From Macrostomum lignano (taxonomy: Eukaryota), in the NCBI GenBank assembly GCA_002269645.1, contig NIVC01001219.1:45253-109252 (forward strand): a DNA stretch of 64,000 bases, in the 5' to 3' direction. Both the position numbers and the translations under genes were made by a program. Positions 13,966 through 26,475 of this stretch are shown here, one piece after another; position 1 is the first letter of the stretch; each line of letters starts with the position of its first letter. The notes beneath the pieces are model-generated. The model did no database searches, was not told where the DNA came from, and worked only from the letters and a program-made list of their open reading frames with translations.

Positions 13966-15365
13966 AGGCATTATATAAAGACTTTTTAAGACATGATGGA
14001 GCCTGGAAGCACGTTTCAATGACGTAAAAGCAACCAAGATGGCTGTAGGATTCGGGTGTCCAGCCGTCTAATGAGCATCGAGAACCCGACCCATGATCGC
14101 CAGGGCTCTCTCGGCCTAAACTGTCCAACCCAATGCATAATTTGGTTTTGGGAAAAGAGTTTATAACAAAAAAGACAAGTGAAGAGAGAGAGAGGAGTGG
14201 CTGTAGCGAGACCGATGCGTCTTAGTCAGTCGGTCCTGTCGCAGAACCAGCGCGCTGCCTTGACACTTGACACGTGTCCGCCATGACTTGCCCAAGTAAG
14301 CCGCCGCTCGCACGAGCGCAAGCGCTTAAAAAACTCCTGAAAGAAATAAGCGATCGCTAGAAAACAACCGACAACAACTGCGATGAAGGGGTGAGGCGAA
14401 AATTTTGTTGAACCTTTACGACTCTCAGTTCTTGTTTATACACCTATTCAAGTTTACGAAGCTCTGCGCAATGCCGACGTTTTTGACAATGGGATCGGGG
14501 CGTGGAATTCGGAACTCTCTCGGACAAATGTTCGGCCTTATCAGCCCCTGAAATTCTCCGGTTCCCTCGATGCATTTTCCTTGTTGTCGCTGTCCGAAAG
14601 CAGTGAACTAAAAATTTTCTGGCCTGTATAACTTTTAGTACAATTTTCATTCACTTCTTTGGGAATTTTTCCTCGAAGCTATTTGCTCCCTTTCCCAGTG
14701 TTAGCGATATTCAATTCCCACACAAGCACAGATTGTTGGAGTTGCCTCTCTCACTATCTGATAGTCAATGTTAAGCTCTGCCGGCTGTCCACCTTTGTCC
14801 TACAGTGTTTTTCCTCGTGTCTTACCGTGCTAGCAATCGGGTTTAGGGCGTGGGGTTGAGCACCGACGCTGTGCGTCCTGTGTACGAAATCTGAGAATTT
14901 GCATTGTCCTACAACCGCAACGGATGATCAAATTTCTCATTCTTTTTACAAAGCTGGCTTGACCAAGGACATGTCAGTACGGTTTGGGGCCAACTAAAAT
15001 TCTATAAAAGATTTTGCTTTTAATCCTAGCTGAAGCCAATAGTTTGAACTCTGATCAATAGAGTTAGCGGTTGGCTGCTGAACAATGAATGTCTCTTGCT
15101 TGAGCGCTAACCCCTATCTCCTTGGCCGGTGGATGCCACATCCAACAGGGGGGGGGGGAATTAGAGTTCCTGTCATTCTTCTAGCTTGGCTATCTCTTGC
15201 ATTTAGTTTTTGGAGGAGTGCAATTTTTTGTGAGGGGGACAATTAGGGAACCACTGGTGTGAACAGCATGAGTAGCAAGTTTGGGGGTAGGGTTGATTGC
15301 CTATGAGGATTGCTATGTAGGTCATTATCATATCCTTCTCTGCAGGGTTAGCAAATCGATTAAAT

Positions 15366-15756
15366 TTCACTTCAACTGTTTTATAGGCCTTTAGAAGGTG
15401 GGAAGTCTTTGCTGTAAGGGGCAGGCCATTAGGCTAAATGGATCAAAAAAGAAGACTGAAAACTGCCACATTAATTACTTATTTTCTGTGAGTTTTATCA
15501 AGAAAACTATCCAGTTGACCACAAGCTTTTCTTTATGCTCTGAATCCTGAAAAAATGACAAGAAGTGCTTTCAACTTGTTCGTAAAATTGATAACTTGGC
15601 TACGCCGCACTGGTTCACAAAGATGCTGAAGGACTATCATTTAACCGTGTTGTCTGCAGCACAATGGGCCATTTAAAAGCTTTTTAATGCAAGCGCAATA
15701 AGTACTTTTCAACCTATAATGGGCTTGGCTGAGGTATTTCAGAAAAATGTCTGGCA
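15366..15756 (+). repeat. Dispersed ~390-bp repeat, copy 1 (inverted relative to 24640-25011)
   Basis: A core of about 145 bp (TGGCTACGCCGCACTGG...GAGGTATTTCAGAA) reads identical to the reverse complement of the second copy. Confidence 0.92.
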
Positions 15757-16089
15757 AAGCTCTGAAATTTCCTGGCGCATTGCGAGGAGGAAAGGTTGTA
15801 GTAGAAACCAGAAGGTGTACTTTTTCACAAATAAATGCCACTAATATCAGCAGAGTGACATTTGGACTGGCGATATACTCGTATTTAACAGATGATGAAG
15901 GCATGCAGAATTTAACCCTTGATATTCTGTGGTTTGAAATATAGACTTCCAAATGTCTAGCTTTGGAGATCGCATGCACCTGCAACGATGTTCACCAATC
16001 AACTGAATTCTTAGCCTAACTTTTTGCTCCGAGCTGCCTATCTAGCTTTTTTCGAACATTTTCTGAAGACCTCGGCATCGAGGCTCAGG

Positions 16090-16440
16090 TACATTGAGAG
16101 CAGTATAATCGATGTACTTTTGTTGAGAGCATGTTGGGATCTCGGCAAAAGTGCATTGAGCACAGGGTGGGATCTCAGCAGAAGTTCATTTAGAACAGAT
16201 AAGATCTTCGCAAAAGTACATTGAGCACAGGTGGGGTCTCGGCAAAAGTACATTTAGAACAGGGTGGGATCTCAGCAAAAGTACATTTAGAACAGGACGA
16301 TGTCTTGACAAAAGTACGTTGAGCACAGGGAAGAACTCGAAAAGATTACATGCAGAACAGATAAGATGTCGGAAAAAAGTACATTTTGAACAAGTGAGAT
16401 CTTAGAACATTTAGAAGAGTACGAGATCAGGATTGAACAT
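16090..16440. repeat. Degenerate ~33-bp tandem repeat (CTCGGCAAAAGTACATTGAGCACAGGGTGGGAT)
   Basis: Recurring AAAAGTACATT and GGGATCTC motifs. Confidence 0.75.
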
Positions 16441-16469
16441 GTAATTGTACATATTTCTTCTCCTTCCAG

Positions 16470-16865
16470 AAACGAGACCAGATGTGCGCCAGAAGATCAT
16501 GCGCTATTTGCAACTGCAAATCCCATCGGTTCTTAAATTTATGATGAACGTGAGCACATCGGAGCGCAACTCAACGGCCGAGTACAAGACCGAATCGTTG
16601 AGGCAGCACTTCAAGATGCTGCGCGGCACCTTCAACATGTACGCCGCTGGCTACACCTTGGACTCGCTGATTATCCGCTGCAAATTTGAGGGCCGCAACT
16701 GCAAGAAATCCGAGATGAGGCTGGTTGTAGACAATCACCTGTGGAACTGCTACACTATGAGGCCGACTGAGCGCAATGTCACGTCAATGGAAGGCCTGGA
16801 CTTGTTTATCCTGACCCACCAGCAGCACTACACGGAGTCTGAGTCGCAGAGCAGCGCGGATACCA
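16470..16865 (+). CDS. DEG/ENaC exon 3 (finger/palm region)
   Basis: Acceptor TCCTTCCAG, phase 1; GYTLDSLIIRCKFEGRNC, LWNCYTM and GLDLFIL match family motifs; the 3' boundary (A|GTACTA) was chosen for phase and is less certain. Confidence 0.88.
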
Positions 16866-17359
16866 GTACTAACCCTTCATCACCAATTGTTGCTAATTTC
16901 TAGACTGAAAAGCTGAACTCGAAACCAAGGACCGCTAGAAGTTACCTTTGTATCAGGTTGTAAATATCGTAAATATTGCAAAATTATTTGAAAGCTCGTC
17001 TGTTTACTTTTATTTAGCGATGCTTTTAAAGATACAACGGTAACTTCTAGTGGTCCTTGCTTGAAACTCGTGTGAAAATTTCACTGAAGTCCACTTTTCG
17101 CTGCCAAATGCATCAGCAATATAGGAAGCTAGAAAGTGGTCAATTGTCTTAACACTAAATTGACAATAGCTCAGCCTCTGGACTTCCGAATTTCCGAATC
17201 AAGCAAGTGTGCAGGGGCTGTTTTCTTAGAAATGCTAGTTTAGACAGGAAAAATTCCTTATTAATAATACAATTTTCAAACTGATATACCGGCTAGATCA
17301 ACTTTTGAGTGAAACCGCACACCATGCAATAACGGTGGTGCTGTAATAATGATAGCATA

Positions 17360-17620
17360 GGGGTTGTGGCCTAGTGGTTAGAGTATCGGATTCCTAACTG
17401 AAAGGTCGGGGGTTCGATTCACTACCCATTCGGAACAATTTGTGTCCTTGAGCAAGACACTTAACTCTGCATTGCTTCAGTTCACCCAGCTGTAAAATGG
17501 GTGCCAGCATTAGCTGGGGTAATTGAGGGTGTGTGTGGCGACCCCCCAGTCCTTGGACTGAACAGCCGTACGCAGCCTTCAGATGCGCCGCGCAATAGCT
17601 GCGGCTGAGCTGTCGGTTGC
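17360..17620 (+). mobile_element. tRNA-derived SINE family A with a CORE-like domain
   Basis: A box TAGTGGTTAGAG and B box GGTTCGATTC; TGTGTCCTTGAGCAAGACACTTAAC..CTGTAAAATGGG resembles the MIR/CORE domain; near-identical copy at 51572. Confidence 0.88.
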
Positions 17621-18267
17621 TGCCCCATTAGGGTAGGTGTAATCAATTATTATAGTTTTTATTATAGCACATCGAGCTCTTTAGGATTAGGGTTGGGGTT
17701 ATGATTTCTGTATCCGCAATTTTGAAAATTAAAATTCGAGATATACCTGACATCAATTCCTAACTTCGATTGTACAATTGCAGCGAAAGTTGACCTTCAC
17801 TGAAATTCGCACCATCCGGACATTTTCAGTTTCAGCTGCCCGTACGGATAGTGCGGTTAAATAGATGGTTAGAAACGACAATAGCGGAGGGGTAACCCCG
17901 TTGAAACAAACTCTCTCGCACCGGTCTATCCCGGATCGGATTCCCTGATGCGGTTGCACTAATGCTGGTCTGAGGCCTGCAATATTATTTACACTCATAA
18001 GGGCCAAACCTCGATACTGAGGGTGTTTTCATATCGTCCAGACTTTTTGATTCTTACCGTGAAGCCACCCCTCAGGGCGCAGTGAGAAAGTACCTTCGTG
18101 TGATCGAGTGAATGACAGCTTTTGTCCTTTTGCTAGAGTCTGGAGCCATGGACATGGCTGGTTGCGGGTTCTGGCTGCGCCAAGGACTATAGTATTTAGA
18201 AATCTGTTACCAAATGAATGCTCTTTCTATTTGCGAACTTTATTGAGAGCATTACTCAAATTTGCAG

Positions 18268-18362
18268 ACTGCTCATTCGCCCACAAAGAATACGACTGGG
18301 CAACACTGAAAATATCCAGCAACTGGAGCACCTCCAACTTCTGGAAGCAGGAAAATTTTAAG
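18268..18362 (+). CDS. DEG/ENaC exon 4 (CSFAHKEYDWATL...QENFK)
   Basis: TTTGCAG acceptor and AAG|GTGAGC donor; phase 1 in and phase 0 out bridges exons 3 and 5. Confidence 0.72.
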
Positions 18363-18584
18363 GTGAGCCTGCGGTAAGGAATTTGAGCGGGGGCGAGTCT
18401 ATAACTAAATCAGTTCTGTTTTGATTTCAGAAACACGAAAAAACACTTTTCCAGTAGATTAGGATAGATAGTTCTTTTCCCAGCTCAGCTTCCCAATGAC
18501 TCGCCATTTTTTAGCAATGCAGTTGTTTAGGAAATAATTGGCTATGGTTAATCAGATGCTTCGGATTGTGTTTGAAATGCATTA

Positions 18585-19245
18585 ATACAGTAATACATTA
18601 ATATAGTAATACAGTAATATAGTAATAGTAATATTAATAGTAATAGTAATATAGTAATAGTAATATAGTAATATAGTAATACAGTAGTACAGTAATACAG
18701 TAATACATTAATACAGTAATAGTAATACAGTGTCAGTAATACAGTAATACAGTTATAACAACAATACAGTAATATAGTAATACAGTAATACAGTAATACA
18801 GTAATACAGTAATAAGCTCGTATAGTAATATAGTAATATAGCAACATAGTAATATAGTAATACAGTGTCGGTAATAAAGTAATAAAGTAATACAGTAATA
18901 CAGTAATACAGTAATACATCAATACAACAATACAGTAATAAAGTAATACAGTAATACAGTAATACAGTAATACAACAATACAACAATACATTAATACAGT
19001 AATACAGTAATACAACAATACAACAATACAGTAATAAAGTAATACAGTAATATAGTAATATAGTAATATAGCAACATTTAATATAGTAATATAATAATAC
19101 AGTGTCGGTAATAAAGTAATAAAGTAACACAGTAATACAGTAATAAAGTAATACAGTAATACATCAATACAACAATACAGTAATACAGTAATACAGTAAT
19201 ACAACAATACAACAATACAACAATACAACAATACAGTAATACAAA
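18585..19245. repeat. AT-rich 8-bp satellite (CAGTAATA)n with variants
   Basis: Direct. Confidence 0.96.
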
Positions 19246-20482
19246 AATGTTAATGTTATGTTAATTTTCATCACGTTGACATGTTTCGCCTCCCTTTTTT
19301 GTTGCTTTGCATAGCAAAACAATCGCGTGACTCGCCGGTAGAACCGCAACTGCAGGCCAAATCTATTCGAGTATTAAAGGGGCTTCCTTTGAAAAGATTA
19401 AACTTTTTCGAATTCCTAATTCACTTGGCGCCAAACTTCTCTATTATAAAATATTTGTTTTCAAAAATTTTCTCACTTCATAGCAGAGGGTATATGTTCA
19501 TCCTTGACGCATCTTTCCATCTGCCATGGGAAGAACGTTTGTCCAAATGCACTTGAAAACCAGGCTCCTGATTGTATGAGCACTGCTCTAATTTGCCTGC
19601 ACGCTTGTGCAACCCTCCCTCTTATAGTTAATCAAGTTGATTGCTTTTCGCTGCAATCAGCTCACTAAGCTGTCTCCGAGGCTGGCTCCAGAACAGCACT
19701 CTTCACCTGAGGTTTTTTATCTCCGGCCCGAGCTCTGTAGTGGCCCCACTCCAGTTTAATCCGCTGGTCAAACACCTGCATGTCCGATGTGTCGGGGGAA
19801 TCCAAGCTGGAAAGAGTGGGGGAAGAGATCTGGATCGAGTGACCCAGCTCAAGAAGCCTGTCCTAACGTAAGGCATCGCTTTGTCTGAACAGCATTTTCA
19901 GCTTGAGACTGCACGCTCGGCTGAGAATTGAGCTCGCAATTAACGCCGAGACGGCATAGTAGTCTCTTTCTGTAAGACACAGTAGTTAAGAAGTTAAGAA
20001 ACTGGAAAGAGTTGGCTCGTATTTGCATGCAGCTCTAGGTCAGTGTTCCACAGACTTCTTCTAACCTCGAATGCCGGATAAACAATCCAGCTTATGGCTG
20101 CGGGCCGGATAAGAAAGAAGAGAGCTGAGAAGAGACACAAACCTTGAGCGGGCCGGATTGCTATTGCGAAGTTTCGAAGGACCCGACGGCCGGAGTTCGA
20201 CCCCTGAGCTAGGTCTTTATTTTCGCCGCCGCCTCCAGTAAATCAAGACTTGACCAATCAAGAAAGGGCTTGTTTTGGGTCTTCTTCGTGGAAGGACTGA
20301 ACGCTCTTAAATCTGATCATCCTCTATTAAAAGTTTCCAAGAATTTTGTTTGTAAAAAATGAAATTAAAACATTTCGTTTGACCGTTAGCCTATTCGAAA
20401 AATGCAACCATCGACAGCAAAATATGTACACCAATACTACTGACAATCGTTTTAACGATTACATTTCCTGCTGGTGCGCTAG

Positions 20483-20735
20483 GGCCTGATCACCAACGCA
20501 CTGCTGCCGCGCTACGACTCTAACGGCATCCGGGTAGCCATCCACGAAGAGAACACGTTCCCGCACGAGGGCCAGTCCAGCTTCACCATAGACAGCGGCA
20601 AACAGGCTAACATGGAGATACGGATGCTGGAGCTGCGCAAGCTTGATAACCCGAAGTCCAGCTGCGTTAAGAACCGGAAAAACATCAAATATAGGCAGGC
20701 TTCGATGAACGATCTGGAGAACTTCAACGATGTAA
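20483..20735 (+). CDS. DEG/ENaC exon 5 (GIRVAIHEENTFP)
   Basis: Missing from the ORF track on this strand. Translates GLITNALLPRYDSNGIRVAIHEENTFPHEG...SSCVK, matching the family G-x-R-V-x-I-H-x4-P motif. Donor is 20732 (GTAAGT) or 20736 (GTATTT); only the latter keeps frame. Confidence 0.9.
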
Positions 20736-21007
20736 GTATTTCAAGCTAGCTCGTAACCGCAGGCAAGTCTAGGAACTTATTATCAAAGTCAAAATAATGA
20801 GAGTATCTGCATGAATACGAATCGACAGACAGTATTACTTGTACTTTAAGCATTAGTGAACACATCCTCTCTTGTTTGTCTCTTAGGAATAGACTTTTCT
20901 TCCGATTCCATTTGATATTGAATTAACTGGCTCAGTGTCCGGTTACTCAGTGAATTACAATCTTGGTCCAGCATAAAATAAGAGAACTGATTCCTCCAGT
21001 AATTCCC

Positions 21008-21425
21008 CACAGACATGATACTCCACCGAAGACGCACTTCAAGAACATCCCTCACAGACAAGATACTCCACCGAAGACGCACTTCAAGAACATCCCTCAC
21101 AGACAAGATACTCCACCGAAGACACACTTCAAGAAAATCCCTCACAGTCATGATACTCTACCAAAGACGCACTTCAAGAACATCCCCCCACAGACATTAT
21201 ACTCTATCGAAGACGCACTTCTAGAACATCCCCCACAGACAAGATACTCCACCGAAGACGCACTTCAAGAACATCCCCCCACAGACATGATACTCCATCG
21301 AAGACGCACTTCAAGAACATCCCTCACAGTCATGATACTCTACCAAAGACACACTTCAAGAACATCCCCACAGACATGATACTATGCCGAAGAGGCACTT
21401 CAAGAACATCCCCACAGACATGTTA
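21008..21425. repeat. ~45-bp tandem repeat CACAGACAAGATACTCCACCGAAGACGCACTTCAAGAACATCCCT
   Basis: Direct periodicity. Confidence 0.92.
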
Positions 21426-21470
21426 CTCCATCAAATCCTTTTTGAATAAAATTCCCTCCCTGCTCCGCAG

Positions 21471-21844
21471 ACACCGTTCCTGAGCACCCAGAGGACGACA
21501 TAGTGCACGAGTACCAGAGACTTCTGCTAGGCAAGTGCGGCTGCTACAGCCACGAAGTGCCGGTTCGGTCTGACCTGCCCGCCAGCCGACTCTGTTTCAA
21601 CGTATCGACTACTCTTCAGGTGATGCTGGATGTGCTAAACCGGAAATTCAACTGGACTATACGATACGATAGACTAGAAACTTATGGAGATTTGGAAAAG
21701 TTCAATAGTATCGAACAGTTGTTGAACAGCACATTTCCAGTGTTGCTGAGAAGTCATCAGTTTCTGGACGCGGCAATTGCCACATCGGAGGGCATGCTCT
21801 GCTACGAGACTCACTCCAGACAGATGTGGCGTCTGGCGCGACAG
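21471..21844 (+). CDS. DEG/ENaC exon 6 (thumb, KCGCY)
   Basis: CCGCAG acceptor; EYQRLLLGKCGCY matches the thumb CGC motif; CAG|GTGAGT donor, phase 0. Confidence 0.88.
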
Positions 21845-21932
21845 GTGAGTAAAAGGATGTTTAAACCAATATATCGTTGACAAGCATAAATACCTAGCTC
21901 ACCTACTTCCGGTCTTTCTAACTCACCTCAAG

Positions 21933-22104
21933 ATGACGGAGTACCCCCCGAACTGTTACTACCGCGAATACGTCACCTCGTATTCCGTGACCGACTGGCC
22001 CCGGCTTAAGGACATCCCCTACCTTGTGGAGGACGAGATACTGACCAACAGGGAGGATAACTGCATGGTGAAGAAGAACTTATTTGTGCACTACGAGAAT
22101 CGCA
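21933..22104 (+). CDS. DEG/ENaC exon 7 (PPNCYYREY..SVTDWP)
   Basis: Matches family C-x-P-x-C...Y...S-x-x-x-WP; CAAG acceptor phase 0; A|GTGAGT donor phase 1. Confidence 0.9.
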
Positions 22105-22199
22105 GTGAGTTGCAGATAATGCTTGAGTTTGGTTATAATGTTTGCAGTACGACCACTTTGACAACCTACTGTTAGATTAACTGCCATTTGATTGGGAAC

Positions 22200-22810
22200 G
22201 ATTTTGACAACCTAGTACAAACGATTTTATTCACAGAAATTTTTACAACCTACTAGCAGACTAAAAACAATTTCGATAACCTACTATCAGACATTTCGAC
22301 AACCTACTATCAGACTAAAAACCATTTCGACAAACTACTATCAGACTAAAAACCATTTCGACAACCTACTATCAGACTAAAAACCATTTTAAATTACTGA
22401 AATGTCAATTTCAGTTAAGGGTTAAGGTTTAAGGGTTAGGGTTAGGGTTAGGCTAGGGTTTGGGTTATAAGGTTGACAGATTTTTTAAGATTTCAAGGCT
22501 TATGGGGGAGCATCGCTGAGATGTCAAGGAGGGAGTTGATATGTTAAGGCTTGTGGGGGGAATTGCTGATATGTCAAGGCTTACAAGGGACTGCTGAGGT
22601 CCCTTGAAAAGCATTTTTGGCTTTCCAACGGGGGCGCTGATTGCTAGTATTAGACTAAAACCGTATTGACAACCTACTATCAGACTAAAAACCATTTTGA
22701 CAACCTACTATTTGACTAACAACCAGTTTGACAACCTACTATTTGACTAACAACCAGTTTGACAACCTACTACTAGACTAAAAGCCAGTTTGACAACCTA
22801 CTATTCGGCG
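22200..22810. repeat. ~31-bp repeats (GACAACCTACTATCAGACTAAAAACCATTT) in two blocks around a TTAGGG-like tract (22415-22467)
   Basis: Direct. Confidence 0.8.
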
Positions 22811-23569
22811 AACAACCGTCTGAATTCCACACGACCACACCTCATTAGAGACACCGAAAATGTGCATCAGCGGGACTTATACAGCAATTACCATTGCAAA
22901 AAGACTTCTCAAACGCGTTTGCCTGCCCTCAAAAGAGCGCAGTTCTACTCTGCATTCGAACATTGCCGCCATGGATTAATTCTGGTTAAGAATTGCCCCA
23001 AAATGACTAGCTGATCTGCTACTGGTTTGCACTGGAAATCCTTGCAGAACAGACGCATATCGGCACATTAATCCGCATTGAATGCTACTGCAGTGGGCAA
23101 ATCAGAGCGCGTCAGAGGCAATAAAAATATAGCTAACCAGCCTTTGCATTGAAGACGATTCCATTAATTCCATTGCTTAAGAAACTTTGCATACCATTAC
23201 CCTCCTGATCTGTCGGCTTATCTATGAGTTTCTCGCAGCGAATGCTGCTACAGTAAGGCATTGGGATGCCGGATTTATGTTTTAGTGCCATGAATGTCCC
23301 CTCAGTCACTGAATTCATTAAAAGCTTTGTCAGCGATTGCCAGCTGAAAAAATGCTCCAATCCCAATTTCTATCAACGTATCGAAAAAAGCAGGGTTTAA
23401 TCTTGGCTTGAGTTCGGCCCGGTTAAACTAGAACTAGAAGCACGAGTGCTATTTTAACATGAAAATTATTCTCAATAATCTGCATTTAGATGGAATTTCA
23501 TGACTTGCTATGAAAGGTATCTGAAGGGGCACTGGATTTAACATCCCTGAAAACATTTGCTTTAGACAT

Positions 23570-23591
23570 TACGAGCTAGATACAGACAGAC

Positions 23592-23658
<67 letters not shown>

Positions 23659-23671
23659 TAGACAGAGAGAC

Positions 23672-23752
<81 letters not shown>

Positions 23753-23777
23753 TACAGACAGACAGACAGACAGACAG

Positions 23778-23835
<58 letters not shown>

Positions 23836-23836
23836 C

Positions 23837-23890
<54 letters not shown>
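23570..23890. repeat. (CAGA)n microsatellite
   Basis: Direct. Confidence 0.98.
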
Positions 23891-23892
<2 letters not shown>

Positions 23893-24639
23893 ACATGGCA
23901 GTGGCAAAGATGACGACGCGACGAGGACAGATGCGGAAGAGGAGCTGCTAATCCGTGAGCAAAATGAATCCCCGAGGGAGTGAATGCGGCACTAGCAGCC
24001 AAGAAAAAGCACAGCCTGCCTGCAACACTCCAAGCAACTCAATCTCAGATTTGCCGGCGAACAAGCGCAGGAGACCGACTGGCTGGTCAAAGCTGGTCAG
24101 AGCTGCTGGCGTCTGCTGGGACTGCAGAGCCGATCGGAGTATCTCATGAGCTGCTGCGGCCACCGACCGCACTTAATCAATCAATCACTGGCTGGATGTG
24201 GCGGCGGTGGTGTGTTGGACGGGACAAGATTAGCGGACGCCCGGGGGCTCTTGCCCGGGGACTCGTCCTCAGTTGGAACCTAATTTCAATTTATGAAAAT
24301 GTACTCCAATAGCTGTTTTAGATAAAAAAATGGATTGCCTGGCTGGAGAGGCAAGAGTCGTTCCTGCTTTGCTGACTGGCACAGGAATCTGTAAGTTAAA
24401 TATGATGCAGACTACAAGTAGTTATCTTCATTCATTTGTAAGGTCTGCGAGTTGCACTCTCTGAGAGAGCGGGGCTGATAAGAGTAGCAGAACAATCCAC
24501 TAGTCTGGTCCTGGGTTCGCGGCCTGATATGGGCTAGACTTGCTACATATCATGAGGGCCAGACTCTCAGTGCTATGTACGTACTGGTAGGAAATGGGGA
24601 CTTTCTGGGAACTGGAAATGAAAGCGGTGACTTTGCTTG

Positions 24640-25011
24640 GCCAGATATTGTTCTGAAATACCTCAGCCAAGCCCATTATAGGTTGAAAAGTACTTATTGC
24701 GCTTGCATTAAAAAGCTTTTAAATGGCCCATTGTGCTGCAGACAACACGGTTAAATGATAGTCCTTCAGCATCTTTGTGAACCAGTGCGGCGTAGCCAAG
24801 TCATCAATTTTACGAACAAGTTGAAAGCACTTCTTGTCATTTTTTCTGGATTCAGAGCATAAAGAAAGGCTTGTGGTCAAGTGGATAGCTTTCACGATAA
24901 AACTCACAGAAAATTAATAATTAATACGTCTCGATCCATTTAGCGTTATGGCCTGTCCCTTACAGCAAAGATTTCCCATTTTTTAAAGGCCCATAAAACA
25001 CTTGAAGTGAA
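24640..25011 (-). repeat. Dispersed ~370-bp repeat, copy 2 (inverted relative to 15366-15756)
   Basis: See copy 1. Confidence 0.92.
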
Positions 25012-25851
25012 CTTGGATGGGACTTGGAACTTGGGAGGTGAACACGTCTGGCTATCGAGCCACAGACCCCTGGGGCTTGTGTGTGCACGAAAATAGAATA
25101 GAAGAGTCAATAGAAAGTCAAGACAGGTTGGGCCATAGACAAGAGACAAGCAAGCCTAGGATTGGACAAACGAGATTGGTCTTGCAGTCAGAAATTCGTT
25201 TTTTGTCTATGGCTCAACTTATCTTCATTCACTTCACTTGTTGTGGCGTACGGTGTACTCTCTGAAGTCATTCGAGGTCAGTAATGTGCTGTGTTTGCCA
25301 AAGCAACAGTAGAGGAAGTAGCGAAAATGTTTGCAATAACGATTTATAAGAGAGAAAGTAACGATTTTATCTAGTTACTTTGAAGTCAATTCTTTATTTT
25401 CCTAAACGAAAATAATACGCTATTCATTTTGCAATTCTCAACTGCATTGCATCTGCCCACTGCCTGTATATGATGTAGCATGTCCTATGGCTACTGTCGC
25501 CTCACGGTGTTGATGCGCTGTTGTCGTACCACAGCCATAGCAACCATACTGAGGGGCCAATTATTGAATGGATCACAACCTCATTACTCCTTTTCTTAAT
25601 TTTTACCATTAAAAGTGCATCCTTCTATTACATCTACGCTCGTATACCCGTACATTCATCTCCATCAATCAATTCTAAATTATTTTCATAATTTTAGTAA
25701 CGGTAACGAAATATCGAAAGAGTTCAGAAAAAACTAACGATTATTGTTCAGAAAACGCTGAATCTCTTAAATTATTAGTACACCTGCAACTTGCAGGCAA
25801 ACATAGAAAATTTAGCAAAATACAGTTTAATCTATGGCCAGAGGCACTCAG

Positions 25852-26000
25852 TGCTTTGCTTTCAGCCGATTTCAAGGCTCACTGAAACTGTCTATGGCCA
25901 GAGGCACTTAGTGCTTTGCCTTCAGCCAATTTCAAGGCTTACTGAAACTGTCTATGGCCAGAGGCACTCAGTGCTTTGCCTTCAGCCGATTTCAAGGCTG
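25852..26000. repeat. 60-bp unit, about 2.5 copies (CTATGGCCAGAGGCACTCAGTGCTTTGC...)
   Basis: Direct. Confidence 0.85.
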
Positions 26001-26191
26001 CCTATGGCAGTAAGTGCCTAGACAGCCTTGATAGATAGACAAACTGTCTATGGCAGTAAGTGCCAAGATTCTGTTCTGAGAATTTTCGTCTCCGCCTAAA
26101 GTTACATTACGATTGAATTGTCAGTTACTCATGACCTGACGCTAGCACGATCATCTGCCTCCTCATTAACTTCTTCCCGCCAAAAATACAG

Positions 26192-26475
26192 CCAGCTGGG
26201 TCACTACTGCCAAGCGAGTTCGTGAAAATGTCATTCGAGTTTCTGTCCGGCCAGTCAGCCTAAGCTCGGACGTGTACTTCGAAGAGCAGAGCTACTCGGT
26301 CTGGCAGGTGGTCGGCGAGCTTGGCGGCGTCCTCGGCCTCTGGTCAGGCCTCACTTTCACCGGCATCTGTGAGCTGCTCGAACTCCTAGCTGAGGTGTCA
26401 TCCAGCCTGCTGCTCATCTTCATGCAGAAACTTCGTCGAGGATTAACTGGAGGCGTCTCGGACGGCCTGTGGTGA
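26192..26475 (+). CDS. DEG/ENaC exon 8 (TM2, stop TGA 26473-26475)
   Basis: TACAG acceptor phase 1; RENVIRVSV..YSVWQVVGELGGVLGLWSGLTFTGICELLELL is the TM2 signature. The joined CDS is 2172 nt (723 aa) with the 20736 donor. Confidence 0.95.

Noticed and set aside
18137-18192. Possible extra ENaC mini-exon (strong TTTTGCTAG acceptor, SLEPWTWLVAGSGCAKDY)
   Set aside because: It needs a phase-0 donor on exon 3 that I could not find; RNA-seq is required
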